From: Spirochaetia bacterium
Lineage (GTDB): Bacteria; Spirochaetota; Spirochaetia; SZUA-6; Bin103
Assembly (NCBI GenBank): GCA_965208575.1
Contig: CBDBOV010000006.1
Span: forward strand, 1,248,001 to 1,312,000
DNA: 64,000 nt
Reading direction: 5' to 3'
The notes under the pieces were generated by a model. That model saw only the letters and a program-made list of their open reading frames with translations, was not told where the DNA came from and made no database searches. Numbering within the stretch: the first letter of the stretch is position 1; each line of letters opens with the position of its first letter. A program made the translations under genes and the position numbers. Shown piece after piece: positions 48,179 to 58,424 of this stretch.

Positions 48179-48988
48179 TTATTGCGCCAGGAAGCCGCCG
48201 TCTACCGGGATGGCGGCGCCGTTGACGAAGGAGGCGGCGTCCGAGCACAGCCACACTACCAGCTCGGCGACCTCGGGCGGCTGCCCGAAACGCCCGGCGG
48301 GGTACATGCGCAGCAGGCGCTCCATGTATTCCGGCCGGTCGCGCATGCCGATGGTCATCGGCGTCCACACGTGGCCCGGACACACCGCGTTGACGCGGAT
48401 GCCCTTGGCGGCGTAGTCGAGCGCCGCCGACTTGGTAAGGCCCACCACGGCGTGCTTGCTGGCCACGTAGCCGGCCTGCCGGTCGCCGCTCACGCCGCCG
48501 GCCGCAAGCCCGTAGATAGAGGCGACGTTGCACACCGCCCCGCCGCCCTGCTCCACCATCTGGCGCAACTCCTGCTGCATGCACAGGAACACGCCGTGCA
48601 GGTTGACCGCGATGGTGCGTTGCCAACGCTCCCACGACACCTCGGTCACGCTCTTCCCGTCGCCGCCGACGCCGGCGCTGTTGAACGCGCAGTCCAGCCG
48701 CCCCCAGCGTTCCAGCGTCGCAGCCAGCAGCGCTTCCACGTCGGCCGGCTCGGTGACGTCGGTCTGCACCACGATCGCTTCGCCACCCGCGGAAGCCACG
48801 GCATGCGCGGTCTCCTCGCAGCCGGCAGTATTCTGGTCGGCGACCACCACCCGCGCCCCCTGGCGGGCAAACACCACCGCCGATGCCCGGCCGAGGCCCG
48901 ACCCGCCCCCGGTAACCAGCGCGACCCTGCCGTCGAAGGAGGTGGGAGCCGGCGCGCCGCCGGTTTCGGCCTTCTCGCTTGTAGCCAT
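48179..48988 (-). CDS. SDR-family oxidoreductase
   Basis: TGGGSGLG, NSAG, YVASK, IRVNAVCPG, VDGG. Confidence 0.93.
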   Translation of the reverse strand: MATSEKAETGGAPAPTSFDGRVALVTGGGSGLGRASAVVFARQGARVVVADQNTAGCEETAHAVASAGGEAIVVQTDVTEPADVEALLAATLERWGRLDCAFNSAGVGGDGKSVTEVSWERWQRTIAVNLHGVFLCMQQELRQMVEQGGGAVCNVASIYGLAAGGVSGDRQAGYVASKHAVVGLTKSAALDYAAKGIRVNAVCPGHVWTPMTIGMRDRPEYMERLLRMYPAGRFGQPPEVAELVVWLCSDAASFVNGAAIPVDGGFLAQ

Positions 48989-49098
48989 ACCAGTCGAAGC
49001 TTACCGGCACTGCCGGCCCCGTACCAGTCTGTGTTCCAGGTGTATCTACGCCGGCGCGGGTTGCCGGGACGACTCGAACCGCAGTGGGCGCGGCCAAC

Positions 49099-49126
49099 TT
49101 GACGCATGGCATGAGGAGGGCACAAT
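49099..49126 (+). promoter_or_regulatory. Sigma70-like promoter
   Basis: TTGACG-16 bp-CACAAT upstream of the SBP; short leader with two hairpins and a GGAGG RBS. Confidence 0.5.
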
Positions 49127-49205
49127 AGGGAGTCTCGCTGCCCGGCGACCGGCTTGCCGGGCCAGGTGGTCACATCGAGTGTGACCAGGATCAACGGAGG
49201 AAGAA

Positions 49206-51041
49206 ATGACTGTTCTACGTGGCTTGATGCCGTCGCCGGCGCGGGTTGCCGGGGGCGTGCTGGTGCTCGCGCTGGCCGCCGCCGGCTTGTGGGGCGCGCC
49301 GGCCGGCGAAGAGGGATCGGGCGCCGCGGCAATGGAGATGGTGGCCAACGTGTATGGCGAGATGGTCGAGAAGCCGCAGTACGGCGGCACCATCGCGGTC
49401 GCCATCACCGAGTCGCCGACCAACTTCGACCCCTGGTTCGGCTACAGCGTGCCGGAGGTGCTCAACGGGCAGGAACCGGTGTTCGAGCGGCTCGGCGACC
49501 TGAACTGGGCGTTCAGAGGCGGCGCCGGCGGCGAGCCGTCGCGCTACATCAGCCTGCCGGAGACCGCCGGCGAGCTGGCCGAGAGCTGGCAGATCTCGCC
49601 CGATCTCAAGACCTACACGTTCCGCATCCGGCGCGGCATCCACTGGCAGGACAAGGGCGAGGTGGCCGGCCGCGAATTCGACGCCCACGACGTGTTGTTC
49701 ACCTTTCAGCGCAACTGGGGCCTGGAAGAGTTCAGCGACAAGGGCGGCGGCCCGGCGTGGTGGAAGACGGGGCAGATCCCCTACGAGTCGGTGGAAGCGC
49801 CCGACCAATGGACGTTCGTGATCAGGACCCACACGCCGGCGCTCGACACGCTCGACCAGATCCTTTGCGCCAACCGGTGCCCGAACTTCATGGTGGCCCC
49901 GGAGGTGATCCGCGCCCACGGCGACATGAGTGACTGGCGCAACGTGGTCGGCACCGGCCCGTTCATGCTCACCGACTTCGTGCCCGGATCGTCGGTCACC
50001 TACACCCGCAATCCCAACTACTGGAACTCCGACCCGCTGCATCCCGACAACCAGCTCCCGTACGCCGACGAGGTCAAGTACTTCGTGATCCCGGAGCCGG
50101 AAGCGCGGGTGGCGGCGTTCCGTAGCGGACGGGTAGCGCTGCCGGGCCTGTACTGGAGCTCGCTCACCTTCGAGCAGCGCCGGACGCTCGCGCAGACCAA
50201 CCCCGAGCTGGTGGAGGTGGCGATTCCCGGCGAGCAGTCCACTACCTTCACGTTCCGCATGGACCGGCCGCCATTCGACGACAAGAACGTGCGCATCGCG
50301 ATGCAGAAGGCGATCAACGCCGCCGAGCTCAACGACCTGTACTACGACGGCAAGGGCGATCCCACGCCGTACGGCTACGTGAGCACGCTCACGGGCGGCA
50401 TGAACGTGCCCTACGCCGAGTGGCCGGACGACATCAAGTGGCAGTACGAGTACGACCCGGAGGAGGCGGAGCGGCTCCTGGACGAGGCGGGCTACCCGCG
50501 CGGCGCGGACGGCACCCGGTTCAAGGCCGGCTGGGACGTGACCACCGCCTGGGGCCACGACGTCGACCTGGCGCAGGCGGTCACCACCTACTTCGAGCAG
50601 ATCGGGGTGGACATCGAGGTGAACGAGCTGCCCGACGGCACCACCATGCAGGACCGGCTGAGCGCGGGATCGCACGGCGGCATCACGGCGGGTTGCTGCC
50701 GGCACGCCCCCTACGATGCCTACGCCTCGATGCGCTACCGCTTCTACGGCGAACCCGGCCTGTACCACGGCGTCGCCGACGCGGCGTTCAACGCGCTCAT
50801 GGATCAGATCGCGGCGGCGACCGACAACGAGACGATGGCCGAGCTGGTGCGCGCGGTGGACCTGCACTACATCAGCGAGATGTGGTCGGTGTCGTGGCCG
50901 CTCAGCCCGATCGGCATGATGCACCAGCCGTGGCTGAAGGGTTACACCGGCCAGCTCGGCGCCGCCATGGAGGGCGCCGTGTACCTGTTGCCGTACCTGT
51001 GGGTCGACCAGGGGCTGAAGGCCCGGATGGGACACGAGTAG
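49206..51041 (+). CDS. ABC transporter substrate-binding protein, family 5, cassette 5
   Basis: Signal peptide ...AGLWGAPAGEE; PQYGG, LAESWQ, GTGPF, RNPNYW. Confidence 0.93.
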   Translation: MTVLRGLMPSPARVAGGVLVLALAAAGLWGAPAGEEGSGAAAMEMVANVYGEMVEKPQYGGTIAVAITESPTNFDPWFGYSVPEVLNGQEPVFERLGDLNWAFRGGAGGEPSRYISLPETAGELAESWQISPDLKTYTFRIRRGIHWQDKGEVAGREFDAHDVLFTFQRNWGLEEFSDKGGGPAWWKTGQIPYESVEAPDQWTFVIRTHTPALDTLDQILCANRCPNFMVAPEVIRAHGDMSDWRNVVGTGPFMLTDFVPGSSVTYTRNPNYWNSDPLHPDNQLPYADEVKYFVIPEPEARVAAFRSGRVALPGLYWSSLTFEQRRTLAQTNPELVEVAIPGEQSTTFTFRMDRPPFDDKNVRIAMQKAINAAELNDLYYDGKGDPTPYGYVSTLTGGMNVPYAEWPDDIKWQYEYDPEEAERLLDEAGYPRGADGTRFKAGWDVTTAWGHDVDLAQAVTTYFEQIGVDIEVNELPDGTTMQDRLSAGSHGGITAGCCRHAPYDAYASMRYRFYGEPGLYHGVADAAFNALMDQIAAATDNETMAELVRAVDLHYISEMWSVSWPLSPIGMMHQPWLKGYTGQLGAAMEGAVYLLPYLWVDQGLKARMGHE

Positions 51042-51246
51042 GCGCCAGGCAGGCAGGATCTCGACACACCGTGGCGGTACCCGGCAGCGCGCCGACAGCG
51101 GTGCGGCGCCCGGCCGGCTGGGCGCGGCGAACGAGCCGATCGGCCATCGCTGAGCGAGGAGCGAGCCAACCGGCCGGGATGCATCGCCGCTGGAGTGTAG
51201 CCGGTGGTTCGCCACCGGCCGCCACGGCCTGCGCACCGCCGCGCCG

Positions 51247-52203
51247 ATGTTGCGCTATGTAGTCCGCCGCCTGCTGCTGACCATCCCCACCCTGTTCCTG
51301 GTGGCGACCATCGTGTTCCTGCTGCTGCGGCTGGTGCCGGGCGACATGGTCGACACGGTGATGGCTCGGCTGGCGGTGCTCGGCGGCACCGTGGACCGGG
51401 CGGCCCTGGAGCGCGCCTTCGGGCTCGACGCGCCGCTGCACGTGCAGTACGTGCGCTGGTGGGCCGACCTGCTGCTGCGCGGCAGCCTGGGCATCTCCAT
51501 GAACTCCGGGCAGCCGGTGGTGCCGCTCATCCTGGGCCGGCTGCCGGTGACCATTGAGCTGGGCCTGCTCGGCATCGCCGTGTCGGTGGCAATCGGCCTG
51601 CCGGTCGGCATCTACTCCGCGCTGCGGCAGGACACCGTGGGCGACTACGCCGGGCGCAGCCTGGCGATCCTGTTCGTGGCCGCGCCGAGCTTCTGGGTGG
51701 CGACGCTGGTGATCCTGTACGCGTCGCTCTGGTGGGGGTGGTCGCCGCCGCTGGAGTTGGTGCCGCTGGCGCGCGACCCGATCGGCAACCTGCGCATGTT
51801 CATCCTGCCGGCGTTCATCCTCGGCATGGTGATGGCCGGCACCACGATGCGGATGACCCGCACCATGATGCTGGAAGTGCTGCGCCAGGACTTCATCCGC
51901 ACCGCCTACGCGAAGGGGCTGCGCGAGCGGCTGGTGGTGGTGGGCCACGCGCTCAAGAACGCGCTGATCCCGGTGGTGACGATCGTGGGGGCGGACCTGA
52001 CCGTGCTGATCGGCGGCGCGGTGATCATCGAATCGATCTTCGCCCTGCCGGGCACCGGGCGGCTGATGGTGGACGCGCTGAAGGTGCGCGACTACGCACT
52101 GGTGTCGGGCGTGAACCTGGTGTTCGCGGTGGCGGTGGTCGGCGCCAACCTGCTGGTCGACCTGTCGTACGCGTTTCTGGACCCGCGCGTGCGCTACCGG
52201 TGA
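51247..52203 (+). CDS. ABC transporter permease (DppB-like), cassette 5
   Basis: MLRYVVRRLL, DFIRTAYAKGL, DPRVR. Confidence 0.93.
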   Translation: MLRYVVRRLLLTIPTLFLVATIVFLLLRLVPGDMVDTVMARLAVLGGTVDRAALERAFGLDAPLHVQYVRWWADLLLRGSLGISMNSGQPVVPLILGRLPVTIELGLLGIAVSVAIGLPVGIYSALRQDTVGDYAGRSLAILFVAAPSFWVATLVILYASLWWGWSPPLELVPLARDPIGNLRMFILPAFILGMVMAGTTMRMTRTMMLEVLRQDFIRTAYAKGLRERLVVVGHALKNALIPVVTIVGADLTVLIGGAVIIESIFALPGTGRLMVDALKVRDYALVSGVNLVFAVAVVGANLLVDLSYAFLDPRVRYR

Positions 52204-53111
52204 ACGTGCGCTCCGGGACGCAGGAGCGCGGCGCGGCGCGCGCCTTGCTGCGCCGCTTCATCCGCGAGAAGCGGCTGGGCGCGGTGGGCGCGGTCATCGT
52301 GCTGCTGCTGCTGGTGTGCGGCATCTTCGCCGACCTGCTCGCCCCCTACGGTATGGACGAGAAGAGCCTGCCCGACCGATTCGCGGCCCCGTCGGCGCAG
52401 CACCTGCTCGGCGCCGACCAGGTGGGCCGCGACATTCTCAGCCGCCTGATCTACGGGGCGCGCATCTCGATGCTGGTCGGCCTGGCGGCCACCACCGTCA
52501 CCGTAACGGTGGCGGCGCTGGTCGGGGTGCCGTCCGGCTACTTCGGCGGCCGCTTCGACGTGATCACGCAACGGTTCGTGGACGCCTGGATGTCGTTTCC
52601 CGAGCTCCTGGTGCTGCTGACCGTGATGAGCATGGTGGGCCGCGGGCAACTGCAGATCATCCTGGTCATCGGCATCTTCACCGGCATCCGCTGGACCCGC
52701 GTGGTACGCGGCGCGGTGATCGGCATCAAGGAGAACGACTACTTCGAGGCGGCGCGGGCGGTCGGCCAGCCCCACCTGGGCATCATCGTGCGCCACGTCC
52801 TGCCCAACATCCTGGGCCCGCTGATCGTGATCTACAGCGTCAGCCTGGGCTGGGCAATCCTGGCCGAGGCGAGCCTCAGCTTTCTCGGCTTCGGCCTGCC
52901 CCTGGACGTGCCGAGCTGGGGCGGCATGCTCAGCGGCGAAGGCCGCCGCTACCTGGAACGCAAGCCGGCGCTGGCGATGTGGCCGGGCGTCTGCCTGACC
53001 GTGGTGATCTACGGCATCAACATGCTCGGCGACGCCCTGCGCGACCTGCTCGACCCCCGCCTCGCCGGCCCCGCCCGCGGTGGTGGCCGCGGTGGACCGG
53101 ACGTTGGGTGA
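52200..53111 (+). CDS. ABC transporter permease (DppC-like), cassette 5
   Basis: GTGA overlap; LGADQVGRD, HVLPN, EASLSFLG, PSWG. Confidence 0.92.
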   Translation: MNVRSGTQERGAARALLRRFIREKRLGAVGAVIVLLLLVCGIFADLLAPYGMDEKSLPDRFAAPSAQHLLGADQVGRDILSRLIYGARISMLVGLAATTVTVTVAALVGVPSGYFGGRFDVITQRFVDAWMSFPELLVLLTVMSMVGRGQLQIILVIGIFTGIRWTRVVRGAVIGIKENDYFEAARAVGQPHLGIIVRHVLPNILGPLIVIYSVSLGWAILAEASLSFLGFGLPLDVPSWGGMLSGEGRRYLERKPALAMWPGVCLTVVIYGINMLGDALRDLLDPRLAGPARGGGRGGPDVG

Positions 53112-53258
53112 ACGGGTGCGCGACTTGGAGCGCGACGTTGCCGAGCTGAAGCGATAGCGATTCCCGTGCAGTGGGCGCGATCCGCGAAGCCTGCGTAGCA
53201 GCCCGAGGTGCAGCCCGGAGCGGCTCGACAGTAGCCGGCGCTTTGCTCACCGTGATAC

Positions 53259-54020
53259 CTACGGGCGGGTCGTTCGCCGGGTGTCGCGGTAGTGCTTGCT
53301 CGGCGGCTGCAGGATCTGGCGCTGGCGTTCGGTCACGGCGAGCCCGTCGGCTGCCGGGTAGTTGTGGCTCCAGGCGCCGCCGCGGTGGTGGTACTTGTAG
53401 AACAGGGTGCGGCGCTCGTGGGCGCCGGACCACGGCAGCGGGCCGTGGGTGAGTGCCTCGGTAAACAGGACGGCGGTACCGGCCGGGCCGGTGATGCGCT
53501 CCACGAACGGCTGCCGGCCGGTCAGGTCGCGCAGGTCGCGCCACTCGGCCGGGAACGGGTAGTTGCTCTTGTGGCTGCCGGGCACGCACGCGAAGCCGCC
53601 GTCCTCCGGCCCCACGTCCGCCAGGTTGTAGGCCACCACGAACAACCCGCTGTACATGCGGCCATTGCGGAAGTCGTAGAAGTTCACCCGGTCGAACGGC
53701 GTGCCGCCGCCGTGCAGGGTGGCGCCGATCGGGCTCAGGCCGCTGCGGATCATGTCCAGGTAGACGTGATCGACGCGGAACCCGTCGCCCAGTATCTCGG
53801 TCAGGTGCGGCATCACCGGCGGGTTGTCGAGCAGGTCCACGAACGGCTGCCCCCAGGTCAACGGATTCATGAACCGGTGGGTGGCCTCATCCGGCCCCAT
53901 CCCGCGCGCGACATGTTCATCGAGCGCGGCGTTCAGACTCGCGACCTGGCCGGCGGTCAGCGCATCCGGAACCACCAGGTAGCCCTGCAGATCGAACAGG
54001 TACCGCTCTTGATCGGTCAT
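53259..54020 (-). CDS. PhyH-family Fe/2OG dioxygenase-like protein
   Basis: FDLQGYLVV.DAL, GGFACVPGSHK, G.AVLF.EALTHG, RR.LFYKY. Confidence 0.85.
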   Translation of the reverse strand: MTDQERYLFDLQGYLVVPDALTAGQVASLNAALDEHVARGMGPDEATHRFMNPLTWGQPFVDLLDNPPVMPHLTEILGDGFRVDHVYLDMIRSGLSPIGATLHGGGTPFDRVNFYDFRNGRMYSGLFVVAYNLADVGPEDGGFACVPGSHKSNYPFPAEWRDLRDLTGRQPFVERITGPAGTAVLFTEALTHGPLPWSGAHERRTLFYKYHHRGGAWSHNYPAADGLAVTERQRQILQPPSKHYRDTRRTTRP

Positions 54021-54169
54021 CCGTCACGCTCCTCCATGCATTGCGCCGCACGTCACCAGGGCCACCCGACGCGTGCCGTCCGCAGAGGCGCGGCTCGCAC
54101 TCCACTCGACCATCCTGCACACCCGCGTGTCAAGCACTCGGGCGCTGTCAATTATTGTAGTATATTGCA

Positions 54170-55342
54170 TTGTTGTCATCGGATAATCGACATTACATTG
54201 AACGTCTGAAGCTTGTTCGGACGATCCGGCAGAATCTTGCCGAGGCCCCGATCGTTGCGTTGCTTGGAGCCCGGCAGGTCGGCAAGACGACACTCGCCCG
54301 GCAGGTCGCCGGCGGCTGGCCGGGCGGATCGGTGGTATTCGACCTGGAACGTGCTGCGGTGCGGGAGGCGCTGTCGAGTACTCCCGAGCGGTTGCTGGGC
54401 GGCCGCGAGGGCCTCGTGGTGATCGACGAAGTGCAGCGCCTGCCAACCCTGTTCGAAACGCTGCGCCCGATCGCCGACGACCCGGCACGGAAGGCGGTCT
54501 TCCTCCTGCTCGGCAGTGCGTCCTGGGACCTGGTTCGCGGGATCTCCGAGACCCTCGCGGGCCGGATCCTGTTCGTGGACGTGGGCGGATTCTCCCTGGC
54601 CGAAGTGGGGCCGGCAGGTCAGGACCGGCTCTGGATGCGCGGCGGATTTCCGCGCGCCTGGCTGGCTCCGTCGGCGCCGGCGTGGACCCGGTGGATGCGA
54701 TCCTTCACGCGCACGTTCCTGGAGCGCGACATTCCCGGCCTGGGCTCGAGGGTGGCTCCCGAAGCACTCGGTCGCTTCTGGCGGATGCTCGCGCACCGGC
54801 ACGGCCAGCTCTGGAACGCCAGCGAACTCGCCCGGTCGATGGCCATGAGCGTGACCTCCGTAAACCACTACCGGGACCTGCTCGCCGGCACTTTCATGAT
54901 CCGCGTGCTGCCGCCGTGGTTCGAGAACGTCGGCAAACGCCTGGTCAAGTCGCCGCGGGTCTTCCTGCGCGACAGCGGCATCGTGCACTCGCTGCTCGGC
55001 ATCGACGATCCCGAACAGTTGCCGATGCACCCGGTCTACGGTGCAAGTTGGGAGGGGTTCGCGGTGGAACAGACGCTCCTTGCCCACGGCGGGCACGAGG
55101 CGTATTTCTACCGCACCCAGCGCGGTGCGGAGCTCGACCTGATGCTGCTGCGCGGCGGCAAGCGGTTCGGATTCGAGTTCAAGTGTTCCGACGCACCCCG
55201 GACGACCCGTTCGATGCACCTGGTATCCGACGACCTCGGGCTCGCCCACCTCTGGGTGATCTATCCCGGTGACCTGGAGTACCCCCTCGGCAACCGAATC
55301 ACCGCCCTCCCCCTCAAGCAGATCCCCGATCTCCGACTGTAG
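54170..55342 (+). CDS. AAA_14 ATPase + DUF4143 protein (start approximate)
   Basis: GARQVGKT, IDEVQ, LGSAS, RGGFP, KRLVKSP...RDSG, ELDL...FEFK. Confidence 0.9.
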   Translation: MLSSDNRHYIERLKLVRTIRQNLAEAPIVALLGARQVGKTTLARQVAGGWPGGSVVFDLERAAVREALSSTPERLLGGREGLVVIDEVQRLPTLFETLRPIADDPARKAVFLLLGSASWDLVRGISETLAGRILFVDVGGFSLAEVGPAGQDRLWMRGGFPRAWLAPSAPAWTRWMRSFTRTFLERDIPGLGSRVAPEALGRFWRMLAHRHGQLWNASELARSMAMSVTSVNHYRDLLAGTFMIRVLPPWFENVGKRLVKSPRVFLRDSGIVHSLLGIDDPEQLPMHPVYGASWEGFAVEQTLLAHGGHEAYFYRTQRGAELDLMLLRGGKRFGFEFKCSDAPRTTRSMHLVSDDLGLAHLWVIYPGDLEYPLGNRITALPLKQIPDLRL

Positions 55343-55462
55343 CGTTCCAAAGGAGGTTGGTGGCGCCGCAGCACCTCCTCGCCTGTCACCACCGCGGCTG
55401 ACTGCCGCTCGACGCGCCCTGCTACTGGATGCTCACACACCGGCAGGCGCGGCCGGCCGGCG

Positions 55463-55906
55463 TTGACCGCGTTGACCCGCGTTGACCACTCCCACTTGCT
55501 CCGCGTCGCGGAGATGCAGAGGGCATCTGCAGATGCGACGCATCCCGCACACGGCGCGGCGCTGCGATTCATGACCAGAAAGCACTATCGGCACGTATAC
55601 AGTCCCCGCCCCGATCACTACTATATGTCACCGGATCCTGGAGAGACCGTCTACCGATCGTTAGTTGAGGTATGCGGGAAGGAGAACGTGAAACATCATG
55701 TCAACTATGATGTCGGCGGACTACCTGACTTTCCGGTTGAACTGGACGAAGAAGTGGTGGTTTCAGCTTCGTCAGTGTCGGATGTGCTGCAACAAAATAT
55801 GCCGCTAAGTTTCGATTCCGTTTTCGTGGCGCCAGAGGTGGCCAGTCACGCACGTGGTTATCTGAAAGTCAACACACGAAGGATACTTGAAGGAAGTTCA
55901 TCATGA
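55463..55906 (+). pseudogene. Probable C-terminal remnant of an HD-domain phosphohydrolase
   Basis: Lower-GC coding-like segment with no convincing start; ATGA overlap with a YwgA-like gene. The assignment rests on the known HD + YwgA gene pairing, since no HD motif is retained. Confidence 0.4.
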
Positions 55907-56475
55907 ATCATGAGAAGGCGTTAGATTCAACTCGCAATGCAGCAGTTATCGGCGTCTTGGTTGCGGAGTTGAGGAAGGCGGATAACTGGTGTGGCGAGAC
56001 CCATGTTCAGAAGGCCGTGTACTTCCTGCAGACTGCTTGTCGGGTACCGATGGGCTATTCGTTCGTACTCTACAAGCATGGACCTTATTCGTTCGACCTT
56101 AGGGTGGATACAGCAAGGCTATTGGGACGCCGCATGTTGAAGCAGGAGCCGTCAACCCCACCCTACGGGCCTCGACTGAAAGCCACCACGATCATGACAA
56201 AGCATGTGGAACGCCACCGTGAAGCGATCTTTCACCACCTGGAGGAGGTCACACGTGTAGTCCAGTTTGTTGGTAGGCGGGGAGTTGGCGAACTGGAGAG
56301 GCTGTCAACGGCGCTCTACGTCACCATCCAACAAGACAAACATTCGATGGAATCCCGAGCGGAACGTTTACATCACCTGAAGCCGCATGTCTCGGTAGAA
56401 TCCGCGACCGCGGCAGTCAGGGAACTTGACGCATCGTCCATCTTCAAGAGCCCGTACTCTGGTGCCTCTGGATAG
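55903..56475 (+). CDS. YwgA/SocA(Panacea)-like antitoxin protein
   Basis: GETHVQKAVYFLQ...F.LYKHGPYSFDL...LE.LST.LY. Confidence 0.65.
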   Translation: MNHEKALDSTRNAAVIGVLVAELRKADNWCGETHVQKAVYFLQTACRVPMGYSFVLYKHGPYSFDLRVDTARLLGRRMLKQEPSTPPYGPRLKATTIMTKHVERHREAIFHHLEEVTRVVQFVGRRGVGELERLSTALYVTIQQDKHSMESRAERLHHLKPHVSVESATAAVRELDASSIFKSPYSGASG

Positions 56476-56530
56476 ATCCGAAGTGTAGGGAGCACCCCAC
56501 CGGCGTGCGGCCGGCGCAGTAGTAGTTGTT

Positions 56531-56982
56531 GGTGAGCCGATTACGCCACCGACCAGTATCGAAGAGATCGATACGCCCCATGGGTATACTCTGGTGTCCG
56601 TCCCCTTGATCCGCCTGTCGGGCCGTAGCGTGCAAGCGAATCTCACGCTCGACGAAGGCGTTGCAGCGTTCATCGACGGCGGAGCGCGACGCCGGAAGAT
56701 GACACGGACCGCCTACATCGAATGGATGGCTCGGCGAATCGCCCAGGCCGGCGGATAACTGGATCAGGTTCTCCCCAAAGCAATACTGACCGCGGCTGCC
56801 CACGTGTCGTGGCTTCCCAAGCTGCTGGAGAAAGGTGGCGTGGTGGAGCAGCTCGATGCCGTCTTCGGTGATGCGGTCGTGGGGGTCCAGGGAGACGACG
56901 ATGCGGCGGCCGGTCTCCGGGTGATCGGCATTCAGCTCGCGCAGCCCCTTGGCGTGATCGGCGCGCACCCGGCTGACCGCCT
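56531..56982. repeat. Diverged duplicate of ~60623-61090 (hicB 3' half + DUF4143 3' end)
   Basis: Long near-identical stretches, e.g. TCCGTCCCCTTGATCCGCCTGTCGGGCCGTAGCGTGC, in both copies. Confidence 0.9.
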
Positions 56983-57123
56983 GTCTACGCTGAAGACTCG
57001 GCCGGCTCGGTGGTGATGAACCACGCTCTTCCAGAATCCGGGGCAGATGTCGAACGAGTAGTACAGATTCTTCGCCGTGATGAAGACGTCCGAATCTACG
57101 ATGTACGTCAGATCCACCCTCAC
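56980..57123 (-). pseudogene. DUF4411 (PIN-like) protein, 3'-truncated
   Basis: YIVDSDVFITAKNLYYSFDICPGFW, then fused to the DUF4143 fragment. Confidence 0.75.
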
Positions 57124-58274
57124 GGGAGACTCACGCCCAGTCGACGGGCGTACTTCTGAAACGTTCCTCCGCGCAGCCCTGTCAGGTCATAGGCTTCCTT
57201 GAAACCGATACGGCCCTCCATCGCCGCACGCAGCACCTGCGTCGCAAACAGTTCGCCTATACGCGTGTTCTGGTTGTTGTAGAAGTCGCCGCCTCCACTC
57301 GGTTCGGCGCCACTCTCCTTGCGGTTCGGACTGACGTAGCGCTCGTAGAACTCGGCAAAGGTGTTGCGCTCAACCAGATGCAGGTCGAGAGCACGGCGGG
57401 CGGCAACCACGGGGCTTACCTTGAACCTTCGGGCGAGAGCATCGAAGGGCTTGCCCTGGCGTCTGACTTCTGCCCAACGCGCTCTAACCTCCTGTGCTGG
57501 CGCAAGGAACTCCGCCGCCGCTCGGTTGCACCAGTCCTCCACGTTCGTGCCGCGGGGGAGCAGACCATCAAAGCCGGAGACGCCTTCCGAGCCGAGCCAT
57601 ACGTGCGCCAACTCGTGAGCAAGCGTGAACATCTGTGCCGACTTCGCGTCGGCACCGTTCACGAAGATCAGCGGCGCATGGGAATCGGTAAGCGCGAAGC
57701 CGCGGAATTCCTCTACGCTCAGCCGGCGCGAGGTGTTGTTGCCCACGACCCCATTTATCACAGCCATCACGCCGAGTTGCTCGATCGTGCGGCGCAACTC
57801 GCTCACTGCGACCTGCCAAGTGGCCACTTCCACGCCCCATCCTTCGCCGAGACCGAGCGTCCGTCGCATCTCGCGACCCACAACTTCCGGCTCATCGGCA
57901 AGCCGGGCACTTGCCACGAACGTCAGCGGGGCCACGTCGTTCTCGACGAGGGTTTCCCGTAGCCACTCCTGCCGACGTTGCATCGTGTAGAGCGTGTCGA
58001 GCAAATCGGGGCTCGGCGTGCCTCGCGTCGTGCCCGCCACGGTGCGATAGTCAGGCACTGGAAGGCGTTCGGCCGGGGGCTCGGGGAGGAAAAGGTAGCC
58101 GAACGGCGTATGAGTGAGTTTGGCAAGCTTCTCCAGCTGCTTCAGCGTTGGTTGTCCCTCGCGCCGGACCCAGGCCGGGAGTTGTGGCATGCGCTTGGCA
58201 AGGCGCGCAACGTCGAAGCCGGCACGTTCACAGGCCCAGCGAAGCATCTCCGGCGACACGGGGACGCGCGTCAT
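57120..58274 (-). CDS. XRE-HTH + ImmA/IrrE metallopeptidase
   Basis: N-terminal HTH (PTLKQLEKLA); EFRGFAL, FTLAHELAH, EDWCN..AAEFL. Confidence 0.9.
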   Translation of the reverse strand: MTRVPVSPEMLRWACERAGFDVARLAKRMPQLPAWVRREGQPTLKQLEKLAKLTHTPFGYLFLPEPPAERLPVPDYRTVAGTTRGTPSPDLLDTLYTMQRRQEWLRETLVENDVAPLTFVASARLADEPEVVGREMRRTLGLGEGWGVEVATWQVAVSELRRTIEQLGVMAVINGVVGNNTSRRLSVEEFRGFALTDSHAPLIFVNGADAKSAQMFTLAHELAHVWLGSEGVSGFDGLLPRGTNVEDWCNRAAAEFLAPAQEVRARWAEVRRQGKPFDALARRFKVSPVVAARRALDLHLVERNTFAEFYERYVSPNRKESGAEPSGGGDFYNNQNTRIGELFATQVLRAAMEGRIGFKEAYDLTGLRGGTFQKYARRLGVSLP

Positions 58275-58424
58275 GCCCGTCTCCCCGCGGCACCAACCCG
58301 ACTGGACCGGACGTGGAACACACCGCCACAGTCCTTGCCCGATTCTTCGACGATCACGGTCATTCCGGCGGACCTCGGAATCCTATCAATGATCGGCTGC
58401 TTGCGCCTGCCCGCGGCCCGAACT

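Noticed and set aside
49130-49200. Third copy of the structured RNA leader
   Set aside because: It has two simple hairpins but none of the conserved GAGUCA/UGACU or UACUCUC elements.
20969-51236. Long antisense ORFs (e.g. 20969-22681, 25786-27660, 49215-51236) and the N-terminal extension of 37800-39854
   Set aside because: These are shadow frames typical of high-GC DNA, overlapping well-supported genes.
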